Sequence record: NC_047776.2
Strand: one strand, 5' to 3'
DNA: 64,000 nucleotides
DNA from: Escherichia phage ESCO5
Shown: one piece after another, positions 1 through 9,923 of the stretch
Numbering within the stretch: position 1 is the first letter of the stretch
How the letters are laid out: each line of letters opens with the position of its first letter
Notes under the pieces: generated by a model
The model's input: only the letters and a program-made list of their open reading frames with translations
What the model was told of the DNA's origin: nothing
Database searches by the model: none
Position numbers and translations under genes: made by a program

Positions 1-24
1 CGTTAAAGTCAAGAAGGACTAATC

Positions 25-1140
25 GTGGCAAATACATATTTAACTAACGTAGACTTTTCAGGAAAAGCTACGGAAGAGTCACTAGGTGCTCATATTGCTT
101 ACACTTTTGATTTTCAAGGTGGAGCGGCATCTGGTTATAATACCCCCCTTTTATTTAAGTCAGACGGATCTCCAGACATAACTTTTGAAAAGTTAGAAGC
201 TCTCACTAAAATGGGAGAAGATGTTACAGAGTTACGTAAAAGCTATATTCAACAAGTGATGGATCGCATTTCTGAAAAAGTGCGTGAAAAATTTGAAGCT
301 GGTTGGGATTGGGTTTACGTTATTGATGCTGACTTCGATGCGAACGTTGCAATTTTCTGTTCAGATAACGGTATGTTCTCTGTTGGCTTTAAAGTTGACG
401 GACTGAATGTTGAAGTTGAAGAGGTTGCTAAACCTGTTGTTCGTGTTACTGATTATCAAGTTGTTGATGGTGATGTAATGATCTCCATTGATTTCTTTGA
501 GGACGTTTTAGACGATGCTTTGAGTAATCTCGTTAAGAGTTCCTTGAAACAAAGTCAAGTTAAAGATTATTTAGTGAAAGCTCACGCTAAAGCTAATACA
601 AACTCTGTGGATGCAGAGGCTAACCCCGCAGGTGATAAATCTGCAAACACAACTGGAATCAATAAAGGAGAAACCCCTTTGGAAAATATCAACAAAGAAG
701 AATTCCTGAAATCTGCTGAATTCCAAGAACTGATGAAAGCACAGATCGCTGAAGCTGTAGAAAAAGCAGCCGCAGATGCACGTGCAGCCGCAGAACTTGA
801 AGCACAGGAAAAAATCGCTAAGGCAGAACAGGAAGCAGAAGAACTTCGTAAAGCTGAACAAGCTCGTATCGAAGAAGAATATACAACTGTTGTTAAATCC
901 TATTCTTTCGTAGAAGAAGACAAAGTTGAAGCTCTCGTTAAATATCTGGTAGATAATAAAGATATCGCTGAAACTATCGTCAAAGCATTCGAAAAAGCAC
1001 GTGCAGAAGTGGACGCAGTTAAGAAAGAATTTGGAGCAGAACGTGGTGTTGATGTGATCAATACTCAACCTGTAGCTAAATCTTCTTCTGAACTGATTAG
1101 TCAGAAAGCTGCTGAACTTAAAAAAGCCCAGAAACAATAA
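25..1140 (+). CDS. putative head scaffolding protein
   Basis: GTG start with AAGGA RBS; 371 aa; C-terminal half is Ala/Glu/Lys-rich predicted coiled coil; directly upstream of decoration and major capsid genes. Confidence 0.5.
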   Translation: MANTYLTNVDFSGKATEESLGAHIAYTFDFQGGAASGYNTPLLFKSDGSPDITFEKLEALTKMGEDVTELRKSYIQQVMDRISEKVREKFEAGWDWVYVIDADFDANVAIFCSDNGMFSVGFKVDGLNVEVEEVAKPVVRVTDYQVVDGDVMISIDFFEDVLDDALSNLVKSSLKQSQVKDYLVKAHAKANTNSVDAEANPAGDKSANTTGINKGETPLENINKEEFLKSAEFQELMKAQIAEAVEKAAADARAAAELEAQEKIAKAEQEAEELRKAEQARIEEEYTTVVKSYSFVEEDKVEALVKYLVDNKDIAETIVKAFEKARAEVDAVKKEFGAERGVDVINTQPVAKSSSELISQKAAELKKAQKQ

Positions 1141-1159
1141 TCTTAGGAGATTAAATTAA

Positions 1160-1558
1160 ATGGCTAAAGGAATTACTTTATCTAACTCTCGCCAGGAATT
1201 CGGACACCTGGTTCTGGGTGGAGTGTTTAGCTCTGACCTTGGACACTGTGTACGTGAAGTTAACCTGGTTAAAACAGCAACCATGAAAATTGGTTCTATC
1301 CTGAAAGCTGACAACACTGAAGCTGCTAAAGCTGAAGCTGCCGATGCTGCTAAAGTTCTGATTTGGACTGATGCTCTGTTCGGTATTGATGATGTAGCAG
1401 TAGGTGACACTTTCACCGCAGTTGTTGGCGTACGTGATCTTACTCTGAACCGCTTTGCAGTATACTACAAAGATGGCTCCCTGGTAGATGACGCTGGCGT
1501 AGCAGCACTGGAAACACATGATCTGAAACTGACCGAAAAAGTCGTTTTCACTTCTTAA
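1160..1558 (+). CDS. head decoration protein (lambda gpD-like)
   Basis: 132 aa; strong RBS TAGGAGATTAA; motif LIWTDALFGIDDVAVG resembles lambda gpD LVAWDGTTDGAAVG; position between scaffold and capsid genes. Confidence 0.55.
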   Translation: MAKGITLSNSRQEFGHLVLGGVFSSDLGHCVREVNLVKTATMKIGSILKADNTEAAKAEAADAAKVLIWTDALFGIDDVAVGDTFTAVVGVRDLTLNRFAVYYKDGSLVDDAGVAALETHDLKLTEKVVFTS

Positions 1559-1579
1559 TTTTAATAGGAGATTAATATA

Positions 1580-2581
1580 ATGCCAGCAGTAATTTTAGAT
1601 CAGGTTGTAGATTTCAGCCCTATGATCGAACTTCAGGATTCCCCTGATACACTGATTGCCAGCCTGAATCTGTTCAGCGTTGACTATCATTCAACTACCG
1701 CTATTGAAATCGGTAAAGAAAAAGCTGAAGATGCGCTGATCTCCGCTCGTGAGCGTGGTGGTGAGCGTAACTTCCTGACCATGAAAAATCCAGAACTGAA
1801 AGCGTTCCGTATTCCGTTCTTCCCTCTGGATAAAAACATCAAAGCTCAAGATATTCAATCTTTCCGTAGCTTTGCGATGGCAGGAATCAATGACTCTCTG
1901 CGCACAGACGCTGAAGTTGTTAACCGCTATATGTCCCAGATTCTGCGTGACGTAGCAAAAACCAAAGAGAAAATCTTTGCAGAAGCAGTTATGGGTCGTG
2001 CCTATAACGGCGTAGGTGGTGCAGCTAACTCTGCATACAACTGGTATACCGAGTGGAATGCTACCCAGAAATCTGTTGCTGTAGACTTTGCTTCTACCAC
2101 TGTTTCTCCAGCAGCCACTATCGAGCAAGAAGCTCGTGCTTACATCATCGATACTAAACAAGATGGCTCTACCGCTACTCGTATCGTAGCTCTGTGTTCT
2201 CGTGAATTTTTCGCATCTCTGGTTAACTCTCCATTTGTTCGCCAGGCATATCAGTATTTCCAAGGAACTCCTAACCTTCTGCGTGACCGCCTTAGCGGTA
2301 ACATGGATGTTCAGGTGTTCGAATGGAACGGTGTAACTTACATTGAAGATATCCACGGTAACATCCCTGCTGGTGAAGCATATGTTCTGCCTATGGGTAT
2401 CGAAGGTATGTTCCAGGCGCACTACGCTCCTGCGGATACTCCAGAACTGGCTAACACCCAGGCTCGTGAACTGTATACCTTCATGATCAGCCAGCACCGC
2501 ACCATTCAGCTTCAGTCTGAATTCTCGCTGCTCGCAGTTAACACCCGTCCAGAACTGGTAGTTAAACTGACTACGGCTTAA
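1580..2581 (+). CDS. major capsid protein (lambda gpE-like family)
   Basis: 333 aa; RBS TAGGAGATTAA; C-terminal LANTQARELYTF parallels lambda gpE LGNTQARGLRTYG at same distance from C-terminus; followed by strong terminator. Confidence 0.8.
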   Translation: MPAVILDQVVDFSPMIELQDSPDTLIASLNLFSVDYHSTTAIEIGKEKAEDALISARERGGERNFLTMKNPELKAFRIPFFPLDKNIKAQDIQSFRSFAMAGINDSLRTDAEVVNRYMSQILRDVAKTKEKIFAEAVMGRAYNGVGGAANSAYNWYTEWNATQKSVAVDFASTTVSPAATIEQEARAYIIDTKQDGSTATRIVALCSREFFASLVNSPFVRQAYQYFQGTPNLLRDRLSGNMDVQVFEWNGVTYIEDIHGNIPAGEAYVLPMGIEGMFQAHYAPADTPELANTQARELYTFMISQHRTIQLQSEFSLLAVNTRPELVVKLTTA

Positions 2582-2602
2582 CAGAACTCTGTTAATATTA
2601 GA

Positions 2603-2635
2603 GGCTCGTCCGTGATGGGCGAGCCTTTTCTGTTT
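2603..2635 (+). terminator. rho-independent terminator after capsid gene
   Basis: GGCTCGTCC-gtgat-GGGCGAGCC 9-bp stem followed by TTTTCTGTTT. Confidence 0.7.
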
Positions 2636-2665
2636 ACAACAAGAGTTTACAATGAGGAGATTGAT

Positions 2666-3010
2666 ATGTCAAACCCAGAATTGAAACGTTACTTTAGTTA
2701 TCACGAAATGATTCGTGATTTCGAATCGCTTTCACCACTGATTGATGCTGATAAAACATTAGTATCTGCGCCACCAATGTCTTTCTATCTGAAAGATGGT
2801 CGTATTGCATTAGGTGGAAACTTCATTCACTTCCTCACACGTTTGAGAGAAGAAACAGGTATTCTTGTGCATCCTTTTGCAAGTGAAGAACACATGGGTT
2901 ACTATCTTGTAAGTTACGAAGATTATGCACCTGTAAAAATCAAAGAAGAAGTTTTAAAAGTAGAAGCGGTAGACACTCCAGCTAAAAAACGTTCCCTTCG
3001 TAAAAAATAA
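2666..3010 (+). CDS. hypothetical head/neck protein
   Basis: Track ORF starts at 2612 inside the terminator hairpin; internal ATG at 2666 has GAGGAG RBS 6 nt upstream, so start moved. Confidence 0.6.
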   Translation: MSNPELKRYFSYHEMIRDFESLSPLIDADKTLVSAPPMSFYLKDGRIALGGNFIHFLTRLREETGILVHPFASEEHMGYYLVSYEDYAPVKIKEEVLKVEAVDTPAKKRSLRKK

Positions 3011-3019
3011 GGTGGGCTT

Positions 3020-3568
3020 ATGCTGAATGCGGTAGAGTTGGCACCACTGATCCGAATTCTTGTTTATAACCCTTCTCAAGAAGTATTGCCAGATGCAATG
3101 CTGATTCAGATCATCCAGACTTGGATTGATATTATAGGGAATGAAGATAAGGATAAGTGTGCAGTATTGTGGAACAGCTTGATTTCTGTTTTAGAGTATT
3201 TATGGAACAACGATGTTCTTAATAACAATACTCAAACAGGAGGGGCTATGTCTCGCAGAGAAAAGATGGGTGAAGTCGAAGTTGAAGTTAAATTTAACAA
3301 CGGTCAAGTAACTTATAAGTCTCCGTGGGAAGATATTTATCATAACTATTTAAATGGTCTTATGGTTATTCCTGGGTGCACGGCAGGACGAGGAGCAACC
3401 AGTAAAGTTCTTATTGGTGGTGTTGATGCTCGTGAGATTGATCGAGTAAACAGCGATCCTAACTCTGTAAATGGTCTTGGTAATGTTGCAAGTGTTGATC
3501 GTAATACACGCAACGTTAATTATTTGCGAAATTATGGACCTGTTTCTTTTTATCGTAGGGACAAATAA
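3020..3568 (+). CDS. hypothetical structural (head-tail joining region) protein
   Basis: 182 aa ORF with AAGGTGGG RBS, in structural operon. Confidence 0.6.
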   Translation: MLNAVELAPLIRILVYNPSQEVLPDAMLIQIIQTWIDIIGNEDKDKCAVLWNSLISVLEYLWNNDVLNNNTQTGGAMSRREKMGEVEVEVKFNNGQVTYKSPWEDIYHNYLNGLMVIPGCTAGRGATSKVLIGGVDAREIDRVNSDPNSVNGLGNVASVDRNTRNVNYLRNYGPVSFYRRDK

Positions 3569-4056
3569 TGGAAAGTGAGATCTTACCAGGTGATGATACG
3601 GATTGGGAAACCATTATCAAAAAGATGATGGACCTTGAACAAGTTCAAATCGAAGCTGGTTTTTTAACAAACAAAAGGCATCCTGAATCAGATCTCACTA
3701 TTCCTGCAATAGCAGCTATTCAACAATATGGTAATGAAACAAATAACATACCTGCTCGCCCTTTTATAACAGATGGCGCTGTTATCTCACAGAACAATAT
3801 CGCTAAAAAGATGAAGCAGGTGTTTGCAAATTACTTAATGAATAATGTCGGGTTAGCTGTTTTTGAGCCTATAGCGAGAGCCTCTAGAGAAGGAATAGCT
3901 CAAGCGATTGCAATGCAACGTTATCGTCCTTTATCTCCTGTGACAATTAAGATACGACAAGATAAAGGCAACTATTCTAATCATATCTTAATAGATACGG
4001 CACACATGATAAATGCAATCGAAACAAAAATCACAAAAAGCAAGTCTAAAAAATAA
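3568..4056 (+). CDS. hypothetical structural protein
   Basis: 162 aa; start overlaps upstream stop (TAATG). Confidence 0.6.
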   Translation: MESEILPGDDTDWETIIKKMMDLEQVQIEAGFLTNKRHPESDLTIPAIAAIQQYGNETNNIPARPFITDGAVISQNNIAKKMKQVFANYLMNNVGLAVFEPIARASREGIAQAIAMQRYRPLSPVTIKIRQDKGNYSNHILIDTAHMINAIETKITKSKSKK

Positions 4057-4101
4057 CTTGCATAAACTTTGTTTTTGATGTATACTAAAAAGGAGATACA
4101 A

Positions 4102-4518
4102 GTGTTACTAGATCAATTTACTCTCCTTGATCTAACTGAATACCAAGGTCGTAGACGAGTCTACAAAGAGGCGGTTGGTTCAGTTATTGCTAACTTAGAA
4201 AGTAGTGTAGAATATGAACCATTTACTATTGAAGCGGCAAGCTTACAACCGATATCTGGTAAAACACTGAATGCACTACCTGAAGGTTACAGATCTAAGG
4301 CTCAATATAGTTTCTGGACTAAAACAGAAATGAAGGGGTTACAACAAGGAACAGAACAGTTATCAGATCAGATATTGATAGATGGTAAATGGTATTCTGT
4401 TTATTCCCTTAAAAATTGGACCAGAACATCTTTCTTAGTCCATCATCACTGTGTTGCAATATTAGACGATCAAAACAACTCCTGGTCTTATGGAACAGAA
4501 GGAGGAAACTTTGGCTAA
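4102..4518 (+). CDS. hypothetical structural protein
   Basis: GTG start preceded by AAGGAGA RBS; track start 4069 (TTG) lacks RBS. Confidence 0.55.
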   Translation: MLLDQFTLLDLTEYQGRRRVYKEAVGSVIANLESSVEYEPFTIEAASLQPISGKTLNALPEGYRSKAQYSFWTKTEMKGLQQGTEQLSDQILIDGKWYSVYSLKNWTRTSFLVHHHCVAILDDQNNSWSYGTEGGNFG

Positions 4519-5149
4519 TATTTACCAACAAATAGAAGCATACGAAAATGCCATCTACTTAAATATAGGTGGCTTCCTTCAAGAATTAGTGGGGTTGCCA
4601 GTCTATGTTATGGATAAGCCATTCATTAAACCGGATACTCCTTACCTAGCACTACGTATTATCACTTCCAGCGATTCTGGAGGTTGGTCTTACCGAAGCT
4701 CTATTCAAAATGATATGTATTCCTACGAGATGGATAATACCTACGAGATTGAACTTGTAGCCTATCGTGGAAGACCTACCACTTTGATGAGCTATGTTCT
4801 GGCTGCTCTCCGTGGTGCAGAGGAATTAAAATACAAACATCTCTATTCTAAAGGTCTTGGTTTTTTAGGAGCCTCTAATATAGCTCAAGCCAATACGATT
4901 GTAGACGGAGATAAGACTGAATTAAGAGCGCGTATGGTTATGACGTTCAACACTCGTATGAGTATTGAAGATATTGCTACTACACCAATAGAAGCAATCA
5001 ACATGCACATCCGTTCATTCAGAGATAGTTACAATGATCCTATCCCTTTAGATTTAATTCTAAACAGGGTTTATGCAATTACTTTGGTTCCAGGCGAATA
5101 CTCGTCAGTTAATCAAAATGGATCATTATTTAACAACCCTACCGAATAA
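4490..5149 (+). CDS. hypothetical neck/tail completion protein
   Basis: 219 aa; overlaps upstream gene end; alternative TTG start at 4511 behind AAGGAGG. Confidence 0.55.
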   Translation: MEQKEETLANIYQQIEAYENAIYLNIGGFLQELVGLPVYVMDKPFIKPDTPYLALRIITSSDSGGWSYRSSIQNDMYSYEMDNTYEIELVAYRGRPTTLMSYVLAALRGAEELKYKHLYSKGLGFLGASNIAQANTIVDGDKTELRARMVMTFNTRMSIEDIATTPIEAINMHIRSFRDSYNDPIPLDLILNRVYAITLVPGEYSSVNQNGSLFNNPTE

Positions 5150-5183
5150 ACTCATTGGAATTAAGTTTCTAACAGGAGCATAA

Positions 5184-6557
5184 ATGGCAACTTTTCGTGA
5201 AAAGGTAGCAACCGTAACTTTACTGTATGGTGCTACATCAATTCGTGAAACCCAGTTCGATATTCCTCTGATCCTTACAGGTCAGAACGTAACTGGCGAA
5301 GCGATTCAATATTACTCTTCTTCCGATGCACTTTTGGAAGCAGGTTATGGATTAAATGATCCAGCGTATATTATGGCAGTCAAACTGTTTAACGGTTTGT
5401 TCCCACCAGATCAAGTCATGGTTGGTAAGCGTGAAGTTACAAACTTTACTCTAACTCCAATCGTAGAAGATAGTGCAACTTACACAATTACCATCAAAAA
5501 TGGTACCAAGAAAAAAGAATTTAAATTCATTGCTGATGACACTGCAACTGCACAAGAGATTGTAGTTGGTCTGACTGAAATGATCAATGCAGATCTTGTT
5601 TATGGCCCACTGTTTACAGTAGCTAACAACGGCGCTGCAATGACTTTCACTCCAGTAGAAGGTAAGTTTGGTTCTATTGACAGCACAGGTTTCACTCAAG
5701 AAACTGTCTATGCTAATGCTATTACGGAAGATATTGCTGCTCTGCATGATATTGATAGTAGCTGGTTCTGGACCCTTTCAGATTCCCATGAAACAGAAGA
5801 TATTCTAGCTTTGGCTGCATGGGTAGAAGAGAATGATAAAGTTTACTTCTTCTCTAGTTCTGAACCTGGAATTAAAACGAAAGCAGAAGATAACGTTCTG
5901 GAACGACTGAATGACCTCGGTTATAATAACACTTGCTTTGCATTGTGGATGACCGATGCAGATTCTGTATTCCCAGAAGCAGCAGTTGTTGGTGCTATCT
6001 GTTCTCGTCAACCTGGTTTAACTACCCTTCACGGTAAAACACTGGTAGGCGTAGAGATCGAGAAACTGGATCAGACTTCGGAAAACAATATTGTTCAACA
6101 GAACGGTAACATCTATCGTAAAGAGCATGGAACTCTGTTCTATCGTGATGGATTGATGGTTAGCGGTTTCTTTGTTGACTATGTTGTTCATGCTTTGTGG
6201 TTTAAAGCTCGCACAGAAGAATCACTGTTTACACTGTTTAAACAACAGTCTATGCTGGGTGGTGGTGTTCGTGCTACTTCAAACGGTCTGGCTTTGATTC
6301 GACAAGCTGTTCTGGCTAACCCGATCCAAGTAGGTATCCTCAACGGTTCCATCGCTAATGAAGTTGTTACTTCTGAAGAGACTGGTTTGCGTGTCGATCT
6401 GAAACCTATTGTTTATATTCCTTCTCGTGCCGATATGACCGATGCGCAAATCAATGCTCGTCTGGTTGATGGGATGAAGATTGAATATGTTTACGCTGGC
6501 TTCTTCCATTACGTTAAAGTTCAGGTCAACGTCCTGACTAACCGTACTGCAAACTAA
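5184..6557 (+). CDS. tail sheath protein
   Basis: 457 aa; AGGAG RBS; size and position immediately upstream of tube, chaperone and tape measure genes. Confidence 0.65.
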   Translation: MATFREKVATVTLLYGATSIRETQFDIPLILTGQNVTGEAIQYYSSSDALLEAGYGLNDPAYIMAVKLFNGLFPPDQVMVGKREVTNFTLTPIVEDSATYTITIKNGTKKKEFKFIADDTATAQEIVVGLTEMINADLVYGPLFTVANNGAAMTFTPVEGKFGSIDSTGFTQETVYANAITEDIAALHDIDSSWFWTLSDSHETEDILALAAWVEENDKVYFFSSSEPGIKTKAEDNVLERLNDLGYNNTCFALWMTDADSVFPEAAVVGAICSRQPGLTTLHGKTLVGVEIEKLDQTSENNIVQQNGNIYRKEHGTLFYRDGLMVSGFFVDYVVHALWFKARTEESLFTLFKQQSMLGGGVRATSNGLALIRQAVLANPIQVGILNGSIANEVVTSEETGLRVDLKPIVYIPSRADMTDAQINARLVDGMKIEYVYAGFFHYVKVQVNVLTNRTAN

Positions 6558-6563
6558 TACGGC

Positions 6564-6585
6564 GGGGGTTAAGCCCCCGTTATCA
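6564..6585 (+). terminator. stem-loop after sheath gene (weak terminator)
   Basis: CGGCGGGGG-ttaa-GCCCCCGTT hairpin; downstream tract not U-rich. Confidence 0.4.
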
Positions 6586-6603
6586 AAATAAAGAGGATCT
6601 ATA

Positions 6604-7083
6604 ATGGATAAAATGCTTACTGGCGTAATGGCCTACGACCCATCTCAAGTTATCCTTTCATTAGGTGGTTGGGAACCGTGGGGTTTTGCGGCTGATACTA
6701 AAATCGTTATTGCTAAATCTAACGATATTATCAACCCTTATTCAGGGACTGATGGGGACGTTTCATTAGCTTTGAGTCGTAACCGTTTGGGAACACTCAC
6801 AATGTCTTTGCAACGCACATCTCCAGCTAACGAAGTACTTGCAACATATGCACAAACAATGTATTCTACTCGTCAAGTAGCATTCAGTGTTTACTTGGAA
6901 GACCCACGTGGCTATTACATTAGCACGATTGGATGGATTCAAAGTCAGCCTGAAGATACTATTGGCGAAATGATTACAGAGAACCAATGGGTTATTGGTC
7001 TTAAAGATGCAAGCCTTCTGCGTAATGAAGTTGGTGTAGGTTTGAGCACCCTTAACTCAATCTCTGCTCTGACAATTCAATAA
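6604..7083 (+). CDS. tail tube protein
   Basis: 159 aa; AGAGGA RBS; between sheath and chaperone genes; followed by terminator. Confidence 0.6.
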   Translation: MDKMLTGVMAYDPSQVILSLGGWEPWGFAADTKIVIAKSNDIINPYSGTDGDVSLALSRNRLGTLTMSLQRTSPANEVLATYAQTMYSTRQVAFSVYLEDPRGYYISTIGWIQSQPEDTIGEMITENQWVIGLKDASLLRNEVGVGLSTLNSISALTIQ

Positions 7084-7089
7084 TAAATA

Positions 7090-7113
7090 AAGGGCAGAAA
7101 TGCCCTTTTTATC
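7090..7113 (+). terminator. rho-independent terminator
   Basis: AAGGGCA-gaaa-TGCCCTT followed by TTTATC. Confidence 0.7.
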
Positions 7114-7128
7114 ATTAGAGAGGAAAAT

Positions 7129-7611
7129 ATGTCACAAGAACAAGATAACACAATTCAAAAATATGCTCGACCAGAAGAAGTAGTTGAGATTCCGTTAGAT
7201 GGAAACAGATCTGTTACTTTCCGTATTATGAAGTGGAGTCCATCTAAAGTGTTTGACAGGATTCCAGAATTGGGTAGTGTTCTGGTTGTTCCTATGACTA
7301 TGTATAGCACAGCAACAATGTCCGCAGACGAAGACCTTGAGTCACGTATTGCTATGGCACTGATCCAACTTTTTGCAGGTTTGGAAGAAAAGAATTTAAC
7401 TGTCTTTTTGCGTAAAATTTTAGATGAGGTTTATACTCAAGACGGTTATAACGTTGCAGAAAATTTTGATGAATTATTTATGGCTCACCCAGAACTAGTG
7501 TTAGATCTTACTGCTAAAGTTCTGGAGGTAAACTACGGCCCTTTTTTCAAACGAGGTTTCGGAAAACTGTTCACACAGCTTCAGGCGATGACGAGTTTAG
7601 CAGCAAATTAA
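7129..7611 (+). CDS. tail assembly chaperone (G-like)
   Basis: 160 aa; GAGAGGAAAA RBS; lies between tube and tape measure genes. Confidence 0.65.
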   Translation: MSQEQDNTIQKYARPEEVVEIPLDGNRSVTFRIMKWSPSKVFDRIPELGSVLVVPMTMYSTATMSADEDLESRIAMALIQLFAGLEEKNLTVFLRKILDEVYTQDGYNVAENFDELFMAHPELVLDLTAKVLEVNYGPFFKRGFGKLFTQLQAMTSLAAN

Positions 7612-7877
7612 CACCTGCGATTGAACATGCTATCGACACAGCAACGAAAACCCTTACTTTGAAGTGGTATGAGGTTATTCTTTGCAAAGTCGTTAAAGAT
7701 ACCTCGGAAACACTGAAAACATTGGATAACTACGGTGTAGATTATCTTTTAAAACTATATGAGTATTTAACATACGAAGAGTATGTTGAAGCCATGTATG
7801 TTAAAGACACTTCAATAAAGAGAAAACATCAAAACCAGACAAATAAAATGTCAGATTTGTTTAAGAAACTTGTTTAA
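7129..7877 (+). CDS. tail assembly chaperone, predicted -1 frameshift fusion product (GT-like)
   Basis: Slippery heptamer T_TTT_TTC at 7542-7548; -1 frame open from there to stop at 7877; downstream ORF (track 7659) has TTG start and no RBS. Confidence 0.5.
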
Positions 7878-7897
7878 TCCAACACGAGGAACATACT

Positions 7898-9886
7898 TTG
7901 TTAGAAATTAACGCCTCCAAAATTAGTAACGTGGTTACGTTTAAGGTGGACAAGAACAGTCTCAAGGAAGCAAAAGATGCCGTGTTGAGTGTTCAGAAGT
8001 TTGCAAATAAAATGCAACCCACTATGAACATGACCAAGTTTAGACAACAAATGAAAGAGATTGAGCGTGAACTTAAGAAAGCTCAAACTCAAAGTCAAAA
8101 ACCTATGCGAGCACCTACTCCCGCTGGAGCGGGTGCTCCTGTAGGCGGATCTGGCAGACCTAGAACTCCTAAAACCCCGCAAGGAAGAGAAGAAGAAAAA
8201 GCTCGTAAAGCTGCTGAACGCGAAGCTAAAGCAGCAGCACGTAGGGAAGACTTAGGTAATCTTCGTTTGCAGAACTTTAACTATCGAGCAAGAGCATTTA
8301 GTAAAGCCAGTCCTGGCGCTATGCAAGAAGCTAGAGACGTTATGGGTAAAGCTGTAGAGCAATACAAAAAGGGTGAAATAACTCTTCAACGTATGAACCA
8401 AGCTCTTGCTCACCAGTTAGATGCTTTACGCAGATCGCATCGTGAAAAGAATGCTGAAATAGAAGACGAGGTTCGTGGTCGCCGTCGTATTCGTAGAGAG
8501 CTAGAAGCAGAAGCTAAAACCCGTATACGTATGCGAAATCGTGAACTTAGAGATATAGAACGCAACCGTAAGCGTGAATTAGCTCAACAAAGACGTGATC
8601 GTGATCGTCGATATGGACAATTAAAAGAAGGTGCGGCAGGTCTTAATCCACGCATGATTGCATCCTCTTTGATCGGTGCTGGGTTATTTGCAGGGGGTTC
8701 TGTAGTTGGTAACACTTTGATGAATACTAACGAAAGGATTAAACTTGTAAGCCGTGGTGCTGAAAACGTTCAGACAAACGCCAACGCTATTTTGGCAATG
8801 ACAGCTTGGGGTGAACAGAACGGTGTAGACTCTGCAAATATTATTAAGTCAATAGATAATATTAAAGACGTTCGTGAACGTCTTGGTAATACAGTTTTAG
8901 CCTCAAAATGGAATGAGAAAGAAGGGAAGTGGAAAGGCGGTGATAATGGCATAAATGACATTATGAACTTGTTTGGATGGAATCCAGAACAGCTTAAACC
9001 TTTACAGAACGATCCTTTGGCTTTTATTCAGGCTACTGTTAATGAAGGTGAGCGTCGAGGTATGAACTCTGCTCAAATCGGGCGACTTCTTGAAAACCTT
9101 GGTGATGACCTTATGCACTACCAACGTATGTTTAGTAAAAACGGCGAAGGGTATAATGAAGTATTGAAAATGCTTCAAAGAACAGGTGCAACATTAACTC
9201 AAGAACAAATAGATGCTTCTAAAGAGTTTACTCGTTTTGCTGCAACAGTTCAGCTTGTAGGTCAAGGTATGCAGAACCATTTCTTAGAGGGTTTTGTGAA
9301 AGCCTTACCTAAAGATGATTCTTGGTTGGATAACGTTAAAGTGCTAGATCAGTTTGCCAAAGATTTAGGTGAAGAACTTGGTAAGACAACAGTTCAATTA
9401 GGAGGTTTTGCTAAAGAATTGGGAGATGGTTTCGGATCTTTTACCAATTGGCTTAAAGAGACATTCCCAGACACCTTCGGAGACAACACAGATCCTAATA
9501 AATCTATGGCACAAAAGGCATATGAGGCAACGCAAAGTGGAGACAGCAATCCTGTAGCAGATTGGTTGTACAATTTAACAGGTATTGATACACAAGATGT
9601 TGGTCGTATGTGGAGAGGAGAACAAACAAGGACACGTGCTTTTGGATTTGGTAATCCTCTTGAAGATTTACGTGAATCAGCCTATACACCTAACGTAAGT
9701 TTGGCTCGTAATCAACCTATTGTTGAGAATACGGTAGCAATACCAAGTGATCTTATCAAAGTTACGATCAGCCCTTCTTCAGAGTTTGGAAATATTCTTG
9801 ATGCAAGAATTCAAAATAGCGGAAATAGCATTTTCCAACGTTTATCTCTTTCAACTCTAAGTGGACAATCTAACACTGGTGGTTAA
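7898..9886 (+). CDS. tail tape measure protein
   Basis: 662 aa; TTG start with GAGGA RBS; Arg/Glu-rich coiled-coil region; hydrophobic segment MIASSLIGAGLFAGGSVVG; position after chaperones. Confidence 0.7.
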   Translation: MLEINASKISNVVTFKVDKNSLKEAKDAVLSVQKFANKMQPTMNMTKFRQQMKEIERELKKAQTQSQKPMRAPTPAGAGAPVGGSGRPRTPKTPQGREEEKARKAAEREAKAAARREDLGNLRLQNFNYRARAFSKASPGAMQEARDVMGKAVEQYKKGEITLQRMNQALAHQLDALRRSHREKNAEIEDEVRGRRRIRRELEAEAKTRIRMRNRELRDIERNRKRELAQQRRDRDRRYGQLKEGAAGLNPRMIASSLIGAGLFAGGSVVGNTLMNTNERIKLVSRGAENVQTNANAILAMTAWGEQNGVDSANIIKSIDNIKDVRERLGNTVLASKWNEKEGKWKGGDNGINDIMNLFGWNPEQLKPLQNDPLAFIQATVNEGERRGMNSAQIGRLLENLGDDLMHYQRMFSKNGEGYNEVLKMLQRTGATLTQEQIDASKEFTRFAATVQLVGQGMQNHFLEGFVKALPKDDSWLDNVKVLDQFAKDLGEELGKTTVQLGGFAKELGDGFGSFTNWLKETFPDTFGDNTDPNKSMAQKAYEATQSGDSNPVADWLYNLTGIDTQDVGRMWRGEQTRTRAFGFGNPLEDLRESAYTPNVSLARNQPIVENTVAIPSDLIKVTISPSSEFGNILDARIQNSGNSIFQRLSLSTLSGQSNTGG

Positions 9887-9893
9887 TAAAATA

Positions 9894-9916
9894 CCTCGCT
9901 TCGGCGGGGTTTTTTC
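9894..9916 (+). terminator. rho-independent terminator after tape measure gene
   Basis: CCTCGC-ttcg-GCGGGG stem with UUCG tetraloop followed by TTTTTT. Confidence 0.75.
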
Positions 9917-9923
9917 GTTTCCC

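Noticed and set aside
571-1137. 188-aa Cys/Phe-rich ORF on the minus strand inside the scaffold gene
   Set aside because: Antisense to a well-supported RBS-led gene; composition is typical of reverse-strand reading of a GAA/AAA-rich coiled-coil coding region; no RBS.
1691-2497. 268-aa minus-strand ORF inside the major capsid gene
   Set aside because: Fully embedded antisense to the capsid gene; no start context; an artefact of an open antisense frame.
2612-2665. Track start (GTG/ATG at 2612-2617) for the ORF after the capsid gene
   Set aside because: That start lies inside the terminator hairpin 2603-2625 and lacks an RBS; the internal ATG at 2666 with GAGGAG is preferred.
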